64,000 nt of DNA from Bacteroidales bacterium (lineage in GTDB: Bacteria; Bacteroidota; Bacteroidia; Bacteroidales; UBA932), in assembly GCA_015060335.1 (NCBI GenBank), contig SUYR01000017.1, forward strand, positions 36 through 64,035. Reading direction: 5' to 3'. A program made the translations under genes and the position numbers. The notes below the pieces were generated by a model. That model searched no databases. It was not told the origin of the DNA and saw only the letters and a program-made list of their open reading frames with translations. Positions 35,460 to 46,607 of this stretch are shown piece by piece; position 1 is the stretch's first letter, and every line of letters starts with the position of its first letter.

Positions 35460-37004
35460 TTATTTAGCAAATGCAACAGATCTGGTTTCGCGGATGACTG
35501 TAATCTTCACCTGACCAGGATATACCATTTCGTCCTGGATCTTCTTTGCAATTTCAGCTGAAAGTGTCTCTGCATCCTGGTCGGTCACCTGATCGGCTCC
35601 GACTATCACTCTGAGCTCACGGCCAGCCTGGATAGCATATGTCTTGGTTACTCCGTTGTATGACTGAGCGATGTTCTCCATGTCCTTGAGTCTCTTGATA
35701 TATGACTCTATCACCTCTCTACGTGCACCTGGACGGGCTCCTGAAATGGCATCTCCTACCATTACGAGCGGTGATATGATAGATGTCATTTCCACTTCCT
35801 CGTGGTGAGATCCTATGGCATTGCAGATTTCCGGCTTCTCCTTGTACTTCTCCGCAAGCTTCATTCCAAGGATAGCATGTGGAAGTTCAGGATCCTCGTC
35901 AGATACCTTTCCAATATCGTGGAGAAGACCGGCTCTCTTGGCAAGCTTCGGATTCAGACCGAGTTCAGATGCCATTGTCGCACAGATGTTCGCCACCTCA
36001 CGAGCATGCTGAAGAAGGTTCTGACCATAAGATGAGCGGTATTTCATTCGTCCGATCAGCTTTACAAGCTCGATGTGCATTCCGTGGATTCCGAGGTCGA
36101 TGCAAGTTCTCTTACCTGTTTCCATGATTTCATCCTCAAGCTGCTTCTGGACCTTTGCCACAACTTCCTCGATACGTGCAGGGTGGATGCGTCCGTCGAC
36201 TACAAGCTGATGAAGGGCAAGTCGGGCAACCTCTCTTCTCACAGGGTCGAATGCAGAAAGGAGGATAGCCTCCGGAGTGTCGTCAACCACAATCTCCACT
36301 CCTGTCGCCGCCTCGAGAGCTCGGATGTTACGTCCTTCACGTCCGATGATACGGCCCTTGATCTCATCGCTCTCGATATGGAATACAGTCACGGCATTTT
36401 CAATGGCAGTTTCAGACGCAGTTCGCTGTATTGTGTTGATTACAATACGCTTAGCCTCTTTGGATGCGGTGAGACGTGCCTCATCTATAACGTCATTTAT
36501 ATAAGACTGAGCCTGAGTCTTTGCTTCCTCTTTCATGTTGTCCATAAGCTGGTTCTTTGCCTCCGCTGCTGTCATTCCGGCGATATCCTCGATCTGCTTG
36601 ATTGCCTGCTCGCGAAGTCTGTCGTATTCTTCAGCCTTCTTGGATACAATGTCCATCTGAGACTTGAGATTCTCTCGGATTGCTTCAGCCTCTTTGTTTT
36701 TGCGTCCAAGTTCGGAGTTCTGCTGGTTGAGACTGTTTTCCTTCTGCTTCAGACGGTTCTCGATATCGCTGATATGCTTGTTCTTCTCGTTGATGAACTG
36801 TTCGTGTTCACTCTTGAGCTGAAGAAACTTTTCCTTTGCCTGGAATATCTTCTCCTTTTTGATACTTTCCGCCTCAACTTCAGCCTTCTTGATGATGGCC
36901 TCCTTCTGACCCTTGAGTATCATCTTTCGGATCAATATGTAGGTGCAGAGAGTTACAGCTGCGCTGACTGCTCCGACTAATACGTTAATTAAAATAGCGT
37001 TCAT
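35460..37004 (-). CDS. rny: Ribonuclease Y
   Basis: N-terminal TM and coiled coil, KH domain ([13 protein letters not shown]), HD domain (LLHDIGK). Confidence 0.97.
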   Translation of the reverse strand: MNAILINVLVGAVSAAVTLCTYILIRKMILKGQKEAIIKKAEVEAESIKKEKIFQAKEKFLQLKSEHEQFINEKNKHISDIENRLKQKENSLNQQNSELGRKNKEAEAIRENLKSQMDIVSKKAEEYDRLREQAIKQIEDIAGMTAAEAKNQLMDNMKEEAKTQAQSYINDVIDEARLTASKEAKRIVINTIQRTASETAIENAVTVFHIESDEIKGRIIGREGRNIRALEAATGVEIVVDDTPEAILLSAFDPVRREVARLALHQLVVDGRIHPARIEEVVAKVQKQLEDEIMETGKRTCIDLGIHGMHIELVKLIGRMKYRSSYGQNLLQHAREVANICATMASELGLNPKLAKRAGLLHDIGKVSDEDPELPHAILGMKLAEKYKEKPEICNAIGSHHEEVEMTSIISPLVMVGDAISGARPGARREVIESYIKRLKDMENIAQSYNGVTKTYAIQAGRELRVIVGADQVTDQDAETLSAEIAKKIQDEMVYPGQVKITVIRETRSVAFAK

Positions 37005-37033
37005 AATGTTATATAATTGTTTTGGTTGTCAAT

Positions 37034-37067
37034 AAAAAGACCGGCCCACTATCTCAGCAGACCGGTC
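37034..37067 (-). terminator. Intrinsic terminator after the 6S RNA candidate
   Basis: GACCGGTCTGCT-GAGAT-AGTGGGCCGGTC-TTTTT on the - strand. Confidence 0.75.
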
Positions 37068-37080
37068 GAGTTTATAAAAA

Positions 37081-37264
37081 AGCCGTTAGAATGATTGACA
37101 GAAAATCTTAAATAAATAAGATTTGGGCTCCGGATATAAATGGTTCAGAAATCCTCCGTCCCGCAAAGCGGAATCCCCCGAAGGGTCACATAGGTCCGTC
37201 ATCCCCATCCGAGTCACCCTGTTACATTATTAGTGTTGATTTCAGCAAAATGTAACTAACGGCT
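37081..37264 (-). ncRNA. ssrS: 6S RNA candidate
   Basis: 184 nt between zapA and rny; closing stem AGCCGTTAG/CTAACGGCT, A/U-rich central bubble, inner stem GGGTGACTCGGAT/ATCCGGAGCCC. Confidence 0.72.
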
Positions 37265-37552
37265 CGTATTGTCAATATTGTCAAGATAACGTTCAAGCTC
37301 TTTGGTGAGGCTGTCTTCTGCATCTTTGATTCCTTTCAACTGCATCTGAAGCACAATGTTGTTCATACATACGTTCAAAGCCATGAATGAAAGTATCTCA
37401 GTCGTTCCCTTATTAGGAAACTTGGCCTGATATTGTGCAATCTTTGAGTTGACTTCGTCAGCTGCCTTACGGATCACTTCCTCATGCTCAGGTGATGTCG
37501 CTGTAAGGTTGTACGGACGTCCGGCAATCTTTATGTTTATACTTTGTGCCAT
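37256..37552 (-). CDS. zapA: Cell division protein ZapA
   Basis: SINIKIAGRPYNL...EEVIRKAA; conserved position upstream of rny. Confidence 0.88.
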   Translation of the reverse strand: MAQSINIKIAGRPYNLTATSPEHEEVIRKAADEVNSKIAQYQAKFPNKGTTEILSFMALNVCMNNIVLQMQLKGIKDAEDSLTKELERYLDNIDNTSR

Positions 37553-37553
37553 A

Positions 37554-37826
37554 TTATCCCTCCATCAGTGAGATGCATTTATCAATCTCTTTGATCAACC
37601 TGTCGATTTTCTTCTTTGACTCCTTGTTGTCGCCATTAAGAAATGCTCCCGCAAGCCTTTGGTTATCTATTTGTCTTTCCAACTCTATTATCTGCTGTTC
37701 GTAGGTCCTGTTGAGAGATACAGCCTTATCAAGCTCCGTACGGAGTCTGTCGCACTCCGCTTTTTCCGATTCGTATGCAGCAATAAGCTGTGTAATCTTC
37801 TGCTTTAACTTGTCAAGCATCTCCAA
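37554..37826 (-). CDS. Coiled-coil protein upstream of zapA (ZapB-like)
   Basis: Heptad pattern and C-terminal LIKEIDKCI motif. Start is TTG and uncertain. Confidence 0.75.
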   Translation of the reverse strand: MEMLDKLKQKITQLIAAYESEKAECDRLRTELDKAVSLNRTYEQQIIELERQIDNQRLAGAFLNGDNKESKKKIDRLIKEIDKCISLMEG

Positions 37827-37852
37827 ACAAATTTACCTACCATGCAAAAATA

Positions 37853-37903
37853 ACAAACTGCTTTGAAATCTCAAAATAAAATGATGATTTCAAAGCAGTT
37901 TGT
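37853..37903 (-). terminator. 18-bp inverted repeat after the oxidoreductase operon
   Basis: ACAAACTGCTTTGAAATC ... GATTTCAAAGCAGTTTGT. Confidence 0.6.
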
Positions 37904-37920
37904 ATGGAATAAAGGACGGC

Positions 37921-38463
37921 TTAGAGCTCTTCTACTGCATTCATGCCTTCCTCGATAGCCGCTTTGTTGAGCGAGATGAGGTCTGCATAACGTGCAGGGA
38001 TGCATTTTGCAAGTCCCTTGTCGATGTTGTCGAATGAGATAATCGGCTTCATCTTGAGGAATGCGCCCATCACAGCCATATTATAGACTTTTGAGTTTCC
38101 TACCTTGGCAGCAACATTGATCGCATCAATTCTGCAGATCTTTATGTCTGTTCTTGTAGGAGGGTTGTTGATGCCGTTAGGATCATAGATGAGAAGTCCA
38201 CCCGGCTTTACTGCTGACTCGAACTTGTCGAGTGACTGCTGGTTGAGCACGATAACTGTGTCGTACTTGGTCACGATAGGGGAGCTGATCTTCTTGTCGC
38301 TGAGAATAACGCACACATTTGCTGTTCCTCCTCTCATTTCAGGACCATATGATGGCATCCATGTCACCTCCATGTCCTGCATGATAGCGCAGTAAGCAAG
38401 AATCTTTCCCATTGAAAGGACTCCCTGTCCTCCAAAACCTGCTATGATTATTTCTTCTTTCAT
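37921..38463 (-). CDS. 2-oxoacid:ferredoxin oxidoreductase gamma subunit
   Basis: AGFGGQG, PSYGPEMRGGTA. Confidence 0.92.
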   Translation of the reverse strand: MKEEIIIAGFGGQGVLSMGKILAYCAIMQDMEVTWMPSYGPEMRGGTANVCVILSDKKISSPIVTKYDTVIVLNQQSLDKFESAVKPGGLLIYDPNGINNPPTRTDIKICRIDAINVAAKVGNSKVYNMAVMGAFLKMKPIISFDNIDKGLAKCIPARYADLISLNKAAIEEGMNAVEEL

Positions 38464-38464
38464 G

Positions 38465-39238
38465 TTATTCGTTCTTTAATACGTCCTTGATGTCTCCGAG
38501 AGGATATTTAGGGAACATGTTTTCCACCATCCACTTGTTTGCGGCTGTAGGGCTCATCTTCCATCCTGAGTTGCATGTAGATACAATCTCTACAAATGAA
38601 AGTCCGATTCCTTTCTGGCTGTACTCGAATGCCTTCTTGATGGCAGCCTTCGCCTTGCGGGCTGCAGCTGCAGTATGAACCGCCTGTCGGGTGATGAATG
38701 CAGTACCGTCAAGCTGTGCGATCATTGGCGCGAGTACGAGAGGGAATCCGTTGAGCTTCGCATCACGGCCGTATGGAGTAGTGGCAGTCTTCATGCCGAG
38801 CAGTGTGGTAGGAGCCATCTGACCTCCTGTCATGCCGTAGATACCGTTATTGATGAAAATCACTACGATATTCTCGCCACGGCTGCACGCATGGATGATT
38901 TCAGCTGTTCCGATGGATGCGAGGTCTCCGTCACCCTGGTATGTGAACACATATTTCTCGGGCATGAGTCTCTTGGTGGCTGTTGCGAGAGCCGGAGCTC
39001 TACCGTGAGCAGCCTGCTGCCAGTCAACGTCGATGTAATTGTATGCAAAAACAGAGCAACCTACCGGGCTGATTGCAATTGTCTCTTCCTGAATGCCCAT
39101 CTCTTCGATAACCTCTGCGACGAGCTTGTGTACTGTTCCGTGTGAACAACCTGGACAGTAGTGCATCGGAGTATCAGTAAGAAGAGCGCTCTTCTTATAT
39201 ACTATGTTTTCCGGTTTCTTGATATCTTCTATATTCAT
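38465..39238 (-). CDS. 2-oxoacid:ferredoxin oxidoreductase beta (TPP-binding) subunit
   Basis: YCPGCSHG, PVGC, QGDGD...NN-x-x-YGMTGGQMAPT. Confidence 0.92.
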   Translation of the reverse strand: MNIEDIKKPENIVYKKSALLTDTPMHYCPGCSHGTVHKLVAEVIEEMGIQEETIAISPVGCSVFAYNYIDVDWQQAAHGRAPALATATKRLMPEKYVFTYQGDGDLASIGTAEIIHACSRGENIVVIFINNGIYGMTGGQMAPTTLLGMKTATTPYGRDAKLNGFPLVLAPMIAQLDGTAFITRQAVHTAAAARKAKAAIKKAFEYSQKGIGLSFVEIVSTCNSGWKMSPTAANKWMVENMFPKYPLGDIKDVLKNE

Positions 39239-39246
39239 GGTTTGTC

Positions 39247-40329
39247 TTATTTCAGGTTGTTGAACTTCTTGAACTCAGCAACAATCTCCTCTGGAGTGAA
39301 GATGTTGCCACCTTGTCTTCCGTAGAATCCTACAGGACACTTTCCGTTGACAGCAAGTCTGACATCATCTACCATCTGACCCATGTTGAGTTCGATGCTC
39401 ATCATGCTCTTAACTGTCTCAGAAAGCTCGGCAAGCTTCTTGGTCGGGAAAGGGAAAAGTGTCACAGGACGGATAAGACCTGCCTTGATGCCTTCCTCAC
39501 GGAGAATATCCACAACAGCCTCGCAGATACGTGATGAACATCCGAACGCTGTGAAGATATACTCTGCGTCGTCTGCCATGTAAGTCTCGTATCTTACTTC
39601 CTTCTCCTTTATCTCTGCGTATTTCGCTCCGAGCTTCTGGTTGAATTTCTCGTGAACATCAGACTCCATTGCAAGTGATGTGATCACATTGTAAGATCTG
39701 TCTGCTGTCTTTCCGTATGTTGCCCACGGAGCAATCTCCTTGATCTGTTCTGCTGTCATGCGTGGCTTCTCTTCGCGAAGCTCCACCTTCTCCATCATCT
39801 GACCGATTATACCGTCGGCAAGGATGATGACAGGAGTGCGGTATTTGAATGCAAGGTCAAATCCGAGGTCAACATGGTCGTACATGTCCTGTGCAGATGC
39901 CGGAGCAAGTACGATTGCGTTGTAGTCTCCATGTCCGCCACCCTTAACGCACTGGTTGTAGTCGCTCTGGCTTGCCTGGATTGTTCCAAGACCAGGACCT
40001 CCTCTCTGGCAGTTTACAACCACGCATGGAAGCTCAGCTCCTGCAAGGTAACTGATACCCTCGCACATGAGGCTGATACCGGGTGAACTTGAAGATGTCA
40101 TTACCTTCTTTCCGCAGCAGGCACCGCCATATACCATATTTATGGATGAAGTCTCACTTTCAGCCTGAAGTACGACCATGCCTGTTGTAAGCCAAGGTCT
40201 TTCCTTCATGAGAGTCTCCATAACTTCAGACTGAGGCGTGATCGGATAACCGAAATAGCCGTCAGCACCGTTGCGTATTGCCGATATGGCAATCGCCTCG
40301 TTTCCTTTCATCAGAATTTTCTCTGCCAT
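39247..40329 (-). CDS. vorB: 2-oxoacid:ferredoxin oxidoreductase alpha subunit (VorB-like)
   Basis: MKGNEA, GYPITPQSE, QAESE, TSSSSPG, QRGGPGLG. Confidence 0.88.
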   Translation of the reverse strand: MAEKILMKGNEAIAISAIRNGADGYFGYPITPQSEVMETLMKERPWLTTGMVVLQAESETSSINMVYGGACCGKKVMTSSSSPGISLMCEGISYLAGAELPCVVVNCQRGGPGLGTIQASQSDYNQCVKGGGHGDYNAIVLAPASAQDMYDHVDLGFDLAFKYRTPVIILADGIIGQMMEKVELREEKPRMTAEQIKEIAPWATYGKTADRSYNVITSLAMESDVHEKFNQKLGAKYAEIKEKEVRYETYMADDAEYIFTAFGCSSRICEAVVDILREEGIKAGLIRPVTLFPFPTKKLAELSETVKSMMSIELNMGQMVDDVRLAVNGKCPVGFYGRQGGNIFTPEEIVAEFKKFNNLK

Positions 40330-40333
40330 ATCC

Positions 40334-40552
40334 TTAAATCTTTACTCTGTAAACTGTAATAACCGAATCCGGACATACGATAGCGCAGTTCGAACATCCG
40401 ATACATGCTTCGCCGACCATCTCGGCATAATGATAACCCTTGTTGTTGACCTTCTTGGAAAGCTCTATGCTCTTGGTAGGGCAATTCTCTACGCATACAG
40501 AGCATCCTTTGCATTTCTGAACATCAACTTCGATAGCTCCTTTGAATGCCAT
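40334..40552 (-). CDS. 2x[4Fe-4S] ferredoxin (delta subunit)
   Basis: CKGCSVCVENCP and CIGCSNCAIVCP; start at MAFKG. Confidence 0.92.
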   Translation of the reverse strand: MAFKGAIEVDVQKCKGCSVCVENCPTKSIELSKKVNNKGYHYAEMVGEACIGCSNCAIVCPDSVITVYRVKI

Positions 40553-40762
40553 TTTGATATAGTTTAGTTGGTTTATAATTCTGGTTTTCACCGCGAAACG
40601 CGATAATCTGCGAAAGTATGGTTTTTTATTCGGAAAATCAAATTTTGTTGTCGATATCCTCGTGAATTTTTTTTGTAGAAATCCGTATTGCGGTAACTTG
40701 TGCGTCGACGCTTCGGTTTTTTAAGAAACTTTTATAACTTTGAAGACTTAAGTGTTGATGTT

Positions 40763-42028
40763 ATGGGAAAGATATTGCTGAAAAATATTGAAGTGCAGGG
40801 TATTCGGTCGGATATTCTTGTGGAGGGACAGTATATCAGGAACGTTGCTCCTGCAGCTGAGATGACGGTGATTCATGAAGGAGCAGAAGTTGTGGATTGT
40901 ACGGGAAAGGTCGCATTGCCAGGCTTTATCAATATGCATACGCATGCAGGAATGTCCATGATGAGGGGAGTCGGAGAGGATATGGCTTTTCATGAGTGGC
41001 TTGCAAGCATCTGGGAGATAGAGAAGGATATTGACGGAGAATATATATATCATGCGACCAGGATGGCCTGTCTGGAGATGATCAAGACAGGTACGACTTT
41101 GTTCAACGATCAGTATTGGCATACTCCTATGGCATATAAGGCGGTTACAGAAATGGGTATCAGAGCAGCCTTGTCATACGTGATATGCGACAGGAACGAT
41201 CCGGAGACATCTGAAATCCAAAAGGTGGAATGCAGGAAACTTTATGAGGAATCCAAGTCCTGGTCTGATACTGTGGTGTTCGTTGTCTCAGTTCATGCGA
41301 TATATTCGGTAAGTGAGTCTATGATATTGTGGGCCAGAGATTTTGCTCGAGAGAATGGATTGAAGATACATATACATGTCTCTGAGACCGAGAAGGAGGT
41401 GAAAGACTGTATGGAACAGCATGGGGGAATGTCTCCGGTCGAGTATCTTGACAGCCTTGGGCTGCTTGGACCGGATGTTATTGCGGCTCATACCATATGG
41501 CTGTCTGACAAGGATATAGAAATATTGGGGAAACGAGGTGTTACCTGTGTTCATAATATTAATTCAAATCTTAAATTGGCGTCCGGTTATAGATTCAGAT
41601 ACAATGAGTTAAGAGACGCAGGAGCTAATGTGTGTATAGGTACCGACGGTTGCGGATCTTCCAATAATCTTGATATGCTTGAGGCCATGAAGACGTCGGC
41701 TATGGTACAGAAGGCATGGAGAAACGATCCTGCAGCCATGCCTGTAAAGGAACTCTTTCAGATGTCTTCTGCAAACGGTGCCAAAGCACTTGGACTGAAT
41801 CTTGGAGAAATCAGGGAAGGTGCCTTGGCAGATATAATCATTATAGACACAGATAACTATCATTTCATGTCTCCGGCTTCATTTGAAGCGAATCTCATAT
41901 ATTCGGCGCATTCTGACTGTGTGGATTCTGTCATATGTAACGGAAGATTCGTGATGAAGAACAGGGTTGTCTCAGCCGAGAGGGAGATATTGGATCAGGC
42001 AAAGAAACATTTGAATAATATTTTGTGA
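40763..42028 (+). CDS. Metal-dependent amidohydrolase, MTA/SAH deaminase-like
   Basis: [37 protein letters not shown]. Confidence 0.85.
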   Translation: MGKILLKNIEVQGIRSDILVEGQYIRNVAPAAEMTVIHEGAEVVDCTGKVALPGFINMHTHAGMSMMRGVGEDMAFHEWLASIWEIEKDIDGEYIYHATRMACLEMIKTGTTLFNDQYWHTPMAYKAVTEMGIRAALSYVICDRNDPETSEIQKVECRKLYEESKSWSDTVVFVVSVHAIYSVSESMILWARDFARENGLKIHIHVSETEKEVKDCMEQHGGMSPVEYLDSLGLLGPDVIAAHTIWLSDKDIEILGKRGVTCVHNINSNLKLASGYRFRYNELRDAGANVCIGTDGCGSSNNLDMLEAMKTSAMVQKAWRNDPAAMPVKELFQMSSANGAKALGLNLGEIREGALADIIIIDTDNYHFMSPASFEANLIYSAHSDCVDSVICNGRFVMKNRVVSAEREILDQAKKHLNNIL

Positions 42029-42029
42029 T

Positions 42030-42857
42030 ATGGATCAGAGAGTAGAGAAAATCAAGACAGCTGCCGAGTATATATCGGCAAAGCTGAATGGCAGAAAACC
42101 TTTTGCTGGAATTATTTTAGGGAGTGGTTTAGGTAAATTGGCTGATAAGATTGAAAATCAGATAATTATACCGTATAAGAATATTCCGGGGTTCCCTGTT
42201 TCCACTGCAATGGGGCATAAAGGGAACTTTATAGCTGGAGAGCTTGGCGGCAAGTTTGTGGTGGCAATGCAGGGGCGTTTCCATTACTACGAGGGCTATT
42301 CAATGGAACTTGTGACCTTGCCTGTCAGGGTTATGAAGGTGCTCGGTATTCAATATCTGTTTGTGTCCAATGCAGCTGGCGGTGTCAATTTCGATTTCAA
42401 GGTAGGTGACCTCATGGTTATAACAGACCATATAAATCATCTTCCTAATCCTCTGATCGGTCCCAATATGGAAGAATTTGGTCCACGTTTTCCAGACATG
42501 ACACGTCCATATGACCCTAAGATCAGGAAAATGGCTTTCGAGATTGCAGCAGGTCTGGGCTACAGTCTGAAGAGCGGAGTGTATTTTGCAAGTACAGGAC
42601 CTACTTATGAGACTCCTGCCGAATATAAATACTACAGGCTCATCGGTGCCGATGCTGTAGGAATGTCCACTATTCCGGAAGTAATTGTTGCACGTCACTC
42701 GGATATCCCTGTATTCGGTATGTCGGTGATCACCAATGAGGCACATGACGATTATGCTGAGGATTATGTGAATGATGGTGATGACGTAGTAAAAGCGGCC
42801 GACGCTGCCGCCGACCGCATGACTGCCATCTTTACAGAGCTTATAGAACGGTTATAG
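42030..42857 (+). CDS. punA: Purine-nucleoside phosphorylase (trimeric type)
   Basis: [37 protein letters not shown]. Confidence 0.93.
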   Translation: MDQRVEKIKTAAEYISAKLNGRKPFAGIILGSGLGKLADKIENQIIIPYKNIPGFPVSTAMGHKGNFIAGELGGKFVVAMQGRFHYYEGYSMELVTLPVRVMKVLGIQYLFVSNAAGGVNFDFKVGDLMVITDHINHLPNPLIGPNMEEFGPRFPDMTRPYDPKIRKMAFEIAAGLGYSLKSGVYFASTGPTYETPAEYKYYRLIGADAVGMSTIPEVIVARHSDIPVFGMSVITNEAHDDYAEDYVNDGDDVVKAADAAADRMTAIFTELIERL

Positions 42858-44825
42858 TTCTGCAAGGAAATCGTCGCTCCATGCATCTGATGCCATGTGC
42901 CAGTCTCCGCGAGGGGAGAGGCTTACAGATCCTACTTTAGGACCGTCAGGCATGCATGAACGTTTGAACTGCTGGTTGAAGAATCTTCTTATGAAGGTCT
43001 TCAACCATTTCTTTATGGTATCTTCGTCATAGATTCCTTCAAAGGCTTTACCTGCAAGGAAGAATATCTTTGAAGGTGAATATCCATACCTTACAAAGTT
43101 GTACAGGAAGAAATCGTGAAGTTCATATGGCCCGACAAGATCTTCTGTAACCTGCTGTATCTCACCGCTTTCAGATGCTGGAAGCAGTTCCGGACTGATA
43201 GGAGTGTCGACGATGTCGAGAAGAATGTCCTTTACCCTGCGTCCGTCTTGCGCAGAAGCCCCTTCAAAGCAGTTTTCTGCGGCCCATTTTACAAGGTTTC
43301 GGACAAGCGTCTTTGGAATGTCTGCGTTCACACCATACATTGACATGTGGTCCCCGTTATATGTAGCCCAGCCGAGAGCAAGCTCGGACAGGTCTCCGGT
43401 GCCGACTACTATTCCTCCGATCTGGTTTGCTATATCCATCAGAATCTGAGTCCTTTCACGAGCCTGTGTGTTCTCATAAGTTGCATCATGAACAGCAGGG
43501 TCGTGACCTATGTCTTCGAAATGCTGCTTGCAGGCAGGTACTATGGAGATTTCCCTGCATGTCACTCCAAGAGCCTTCATCAGATCCCATGCGTTGTTCT
43601 TTGTACGTGATGTGGTTCCGAATCCGGGCATTGTCACCGCGATGATGTTTTCCCGTGCCCATCTGCTTCCAGCGGTGTCTTTCAAGGAATCAAAGGCGAG
43701 AACCGCTACAATGAGAGCAAGGGTGCTGTCGAGTCCTCCTGATATTCCTATTACTGCCTTTGATTGTATCTTGTCGAGCCTTCCAGATAAAGCCTTTACC
43801 TGCAGGTCCAGTATTTTGCGGCATCTGTCCTCAAGCTCGGACTCGGGGGCAAACGGATGTCTTTCGATGCTCCTGAACAACGACTTGCTGAAATCTGTGC
43901 AGCAACCCTTTCCGAGAAACGTCTGACAATAAAGAGGGAGATATGATGACGACGGTATTCCGTCAGGGGTGACAGCTGCGAATGTGGAGGATTTCCTGCG
44001 CAGGGAGTCGATCTTCTCGATGTCGATATCTGCCACTGTAAGTTCGTGCATCAGACTGTTGCAGCTGCATGCGAGCTGGGTGCCGTTTTCCCATATTGAT
44101 GCGTGTCCCGTAAACACTGTGTCCTGTGATGAATCCCCGCTTGCGGAAGAATAGATATATGCACTTACTGTACGTGAGGACTGTTCGCTCAGAAGCCTTC
44201 TGCGCCTGATATCCCTCATTACGATATCATTGCCGGCTGATAGATTGACAATGATCTGAGCGCCTGCCAGTGAGTGATATGATGATGGTGGAATCGGACA
44301 GCATGCATCTTCACCTATTTCTACTGCAAATGCAGCTCCTTCTATCTCAAAAAGCTGGTTCGGACTGATAATGCAATCAAAGCCGGCGTAAGTCATTTCC
44401 GGACCATGCAGCAGGTCTCTTCCCGATGCAAACCATCTTGATTCGGAGTATTCTCCGTGAGAAGGGAGAAATGTCTTGGGAACTATTCCTTTGACTTTGC
44501 CGTCCTTTAAGACTACTGCGCAATCATAGAGTCTTCCTCCGAATGGAACAGGAGATCCGACCACTATTGCCATATTCTTTTCGTAAGAGTATTCAGCCAG
44601 ATAAGCTACCTGTTCTTCACATTTCTTGAGAAGCAGGTTCTGGCCGAACAGGTCACCACAACTGTATCCGCTTATGCAGAGTTCAGGGAATACCAGAATA
44701 GATACGCCTTTTTCGCAGGCTTCATCAATAAGGCTGCGTATCGGCCAGTTTGCGTTCCAGCCCGGATAGGCTGTCTTTGTGCCTATTGAAGCTGCAGCGA
44801 CTCGTAAAAGTCCGTAGTTGTCCAT
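42852..44825 (-). CDS. nadE: NAD+ synthetase, two-domain type, with degenerate glutaminase domain
   Basis: [35 protein letters not shown]-terminal nitrilase domain has FPEL and PK but EIGED in place of EICED. Confidence 0.92.
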   Translation of the reverse strand: MDNYGLLRVAAASIGTKTAYPGWNANWPIRSLIDEACEKGVSILVFPELCISGYSCGDLFGQNLLLKKCEEQVAYLAEYSYEKNMAIVVGSPVPFGGRLYDCAVVLKDGKVKGIVPKTFLPSHGEYSESRWFASGRDLLHGPEMTYAGFDCIISPNQLFEIEGAAFAVEIGEDACCPIPPSSYHSLAGAQIIVNLSAGNDIVMRDIRRRRLLSEQSSRTVSAYIYSSASGDSSQDTVFTGHASIWENGTQLACSCNSLMHELTVADIDIEKIDSLRRKSSTFAAVTPDGIPSSSYLPLYCQTFLGKGCCTDFSKSLFRSIERHPFAPESELEDRCRKILDLQVKALSGRLDKIQSKAVIGISGGLDSTLALIVAVLAFDSLKDTAGSRWARENIIAVTMPGFGTTSRTKNNAWDLMKALGVTCREISIVPACKQHFEDIGHDPAVHDATYENTQARERTQILMDIANQIGGIVVGTGDLSELALGWATYNGDHMSMYGVNADIPKTLVRNLVKWAAENCFEGASAQDGRRVKDILLDIVDTPISPELLPASESGEIQQVTEDLVGPYELHDFFLYNFVRYGYSPSKIFFLAGKAFEGIYDEDTIKKWLKTFIRRFFNQQFKRSCMPDGPKVGSVSLSPRGDWHMASDAWSDDFLAEL

Positions 44826-44879
44826 GTTTACCGAATATGAAGAAGGACAGCCTTGCAGCCGTCCTTCGGATATAGAATG

Positions 44880-45212
44880 TTAAAGTTCTTCGAAATTAAC
44901 GTCAGTGAATTTCTCGCCGGCTCCGTCTCCTTTCAGACATTTGGTCTTGATGTAGTCAACAACCTCCTGAAGTCCTTCAGCAAACTTTTCGAAATCCTCC
45001 TTGTAAAGGAAAATCTTATGCTTGTCATAAGCGAAATGTCCGTTGCTGTCCATTCTGCGCTTGCTTTCTGTGATCGTCAGGTAGTAATCGTTACCCTTTG
45101 TAGCCTTGACGTCAAAGAAGTATGTACGCTTTCCTGCTCTTACCGGTTTAGAATAAATATCTTCGCCTGAGCGCTCCTGAGCATTAGCTCCATCATAATC
45201 CTCACTATACAT
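44880..45212 (-). CDS. DUF3276 / PUR-family nucleic-acid-binding protein
   Basis: AGKRTYFFDVK, YLTITESK, KHKIFLYKEDF. Confidence 0.9.
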   Translation of the reverse strand: MYSEDYDGANAQERSGEDIYSKPVRAGKRTYFFDVKATKGNDYYLTITESKRRMDSNGHFAYDKHKIFLYKEDFEKFAEGLQEVVDYIKTKCLKGDGAGEKFTDVNFEEL

Positions 45213-45297
45213 AGCCTATCTTTTTTTAGTAAATCTTTACAAAGTTAGGGATTTTTCTGAAAATGCATGTATATTTGCATAAAATTTTGATGAAATT

Positions 45298-46257
45298 ATG
45301 CTCAATAGAAGGATTTTGAGAATAAAGGCTTTCAAGACGCTTTATGGCGGTGTTGTAGCCGGAAATATGTCGCTTGAACAGGCAGAAGCACAGCTTGAAC
45401 TTTCATGTGAGGCGGCCAGAGACCTGTATGTCTATATGCTCGGTATGATTTCTCCTCTGACCCAGATCGCTAAGGACAGGATTGATGCAGCCAAGAGCAA
45501 GTTCAATCCGACAGAAGAGGAGAAAAATCCTAATACCAAGTTTGCTGATAACGCACTTGCAAAACTTCTTGATTCGGATGTTGATTTTCAGAAGGTCTTC
45601 AACAAGAAGAAGTTCTCATGGGCGCAGTATGATCTTGTGCTCAAGAAGATATTCTCTTCTATCGTCGAGAAGGACTATTATAACGAATATATGTCTTCTG
45701 AGACGAGGTCTCTTCAGGAGGACTGCAAGCTTTTCATAAGGATTTTCGAGGAGGAAATGGTGGATTGTCAGGAGCTTGAAAGTCTTCTGGAAGATAAATC
45801 CTTGTATTGGAATGACGATCTGGCATATTCTCTGACATGGTGCTGCAAGACCTTGAAGTCTTTGGCAAAGGGTGAGAACTGGTCTCTTCTTCCTCTTTAT
45901 CAGAGCGATATGATGGCTGGTACAGGTGTGGAAAGCGACAAGTTCTTTGTAAGGAAACTTCTGCAGGCAGCGTTCGCCGGTTATGAGAAGTATTCGGCAA
46001 TGATTGCGGAAAATGTGACAGGTTGGGAGAAAGAACGCCTGTTCTCTACAGACATGGTGCTTATATGCATGGGTCTTGCAGAGGTCGTGACTTTCCCTAC
46101 GATACCGGTGAAGGTCACTATGAACGAGTATGTTGAGATTTCCAAATACTATGGTACTCCAAAGAGCCGTTCGTTTGTAAATGGTCTTCTTGACAGACTT
46201 GTCCTTAAGCTTACCGAAGAAGGCCAGGTAAAGAAAGAAGGTAAAGGATTACTTTAA
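45298..46257 (+). CDS. nusB: Transcription antitermination factor NusB
   Basis: MLNRRILRIK; IPVKVTMNEYVEISKYYGTPKS-x-x-FVNGLLD. Confidence 0.93.
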   Translation: MLNRRILRIKAFKTLYGGVVAGNMSLEQAEAQLELSCEAARDLYVYMLGMISPLTQIAKDRIDAAKSKFNPTEEEKNPNTKFADNALAKLLDSDVDFQKVFNKKKFSWAQYDLVLKKIFSSIVEKDYYNEYMSSETRSLQEDCKLFIRIFEEEMVDCQELESLLEDKSLYWNDDLAYSLTWCCKTLKSLAKGENWSLLPLYQSDMMAGTGVESDKFFVRKLLQAAFAGYEKYSAMIAENVTGWEKERLFSTDMVLICMGLAEVVTFPTIPVKVTMNEYVEISKYYGTPKSRSFVNGLLDRLVLKLTEEGQVKKEGKGLL

Positions 46258-46280
46258 TCAGATAATTTAATAAACTGAAA

Positions 46281-46595
46281 ATGAATATGTTTACAATTTT
46301 ACAGGCTGCTGCAGGTCAGCAGGGAGGTGGATGGTCTATGTGGATCATGCTCGCACTTATCTTCGTCGTAATGTGGTTCTTTATGATCCGTCCACAGAGG
46401 AAGCAGCAGAAGGAGCTTCAGAACTTCCGTGATTCACTTAAGAAGGGTGATAAGGTTGTCACAATCGGTGGTATTTACGGAACTGTTACTGAAATCAAGG
46501 AAGATTCTGTACTTATCGAGGTGGACAGCAATGTAAAGATCCGTGTGAGCAAACAGGCTCTCGTAAAGGATTTTACTGATCCTTCAAGACAGTAA
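46281..46595 (+). CDS. yajC: Preprotein translocase subunit YajC
   Basis: FFMIRPQ, LKKGDKVVTIGGIYG. Confidence 0.95.
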   Translation: MNMFTILQAAAGQQGGGWSMWIMLALIFVVMWFFMIRPQRKQQKELQNFRDSLKKGDKVVTIGGIYGTVTEIKEDSVLIEVDSNVKIRVSKQALVKDFTDPSRQ

Positions 46596-46607
46596 TATCC
46601 CTTAAGG

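Noticed and set aside
36075-36980. 301-aa ORF on the + strand
   Set aside because: Antisense shadow of rny, explained by codon bias on the coding strand.
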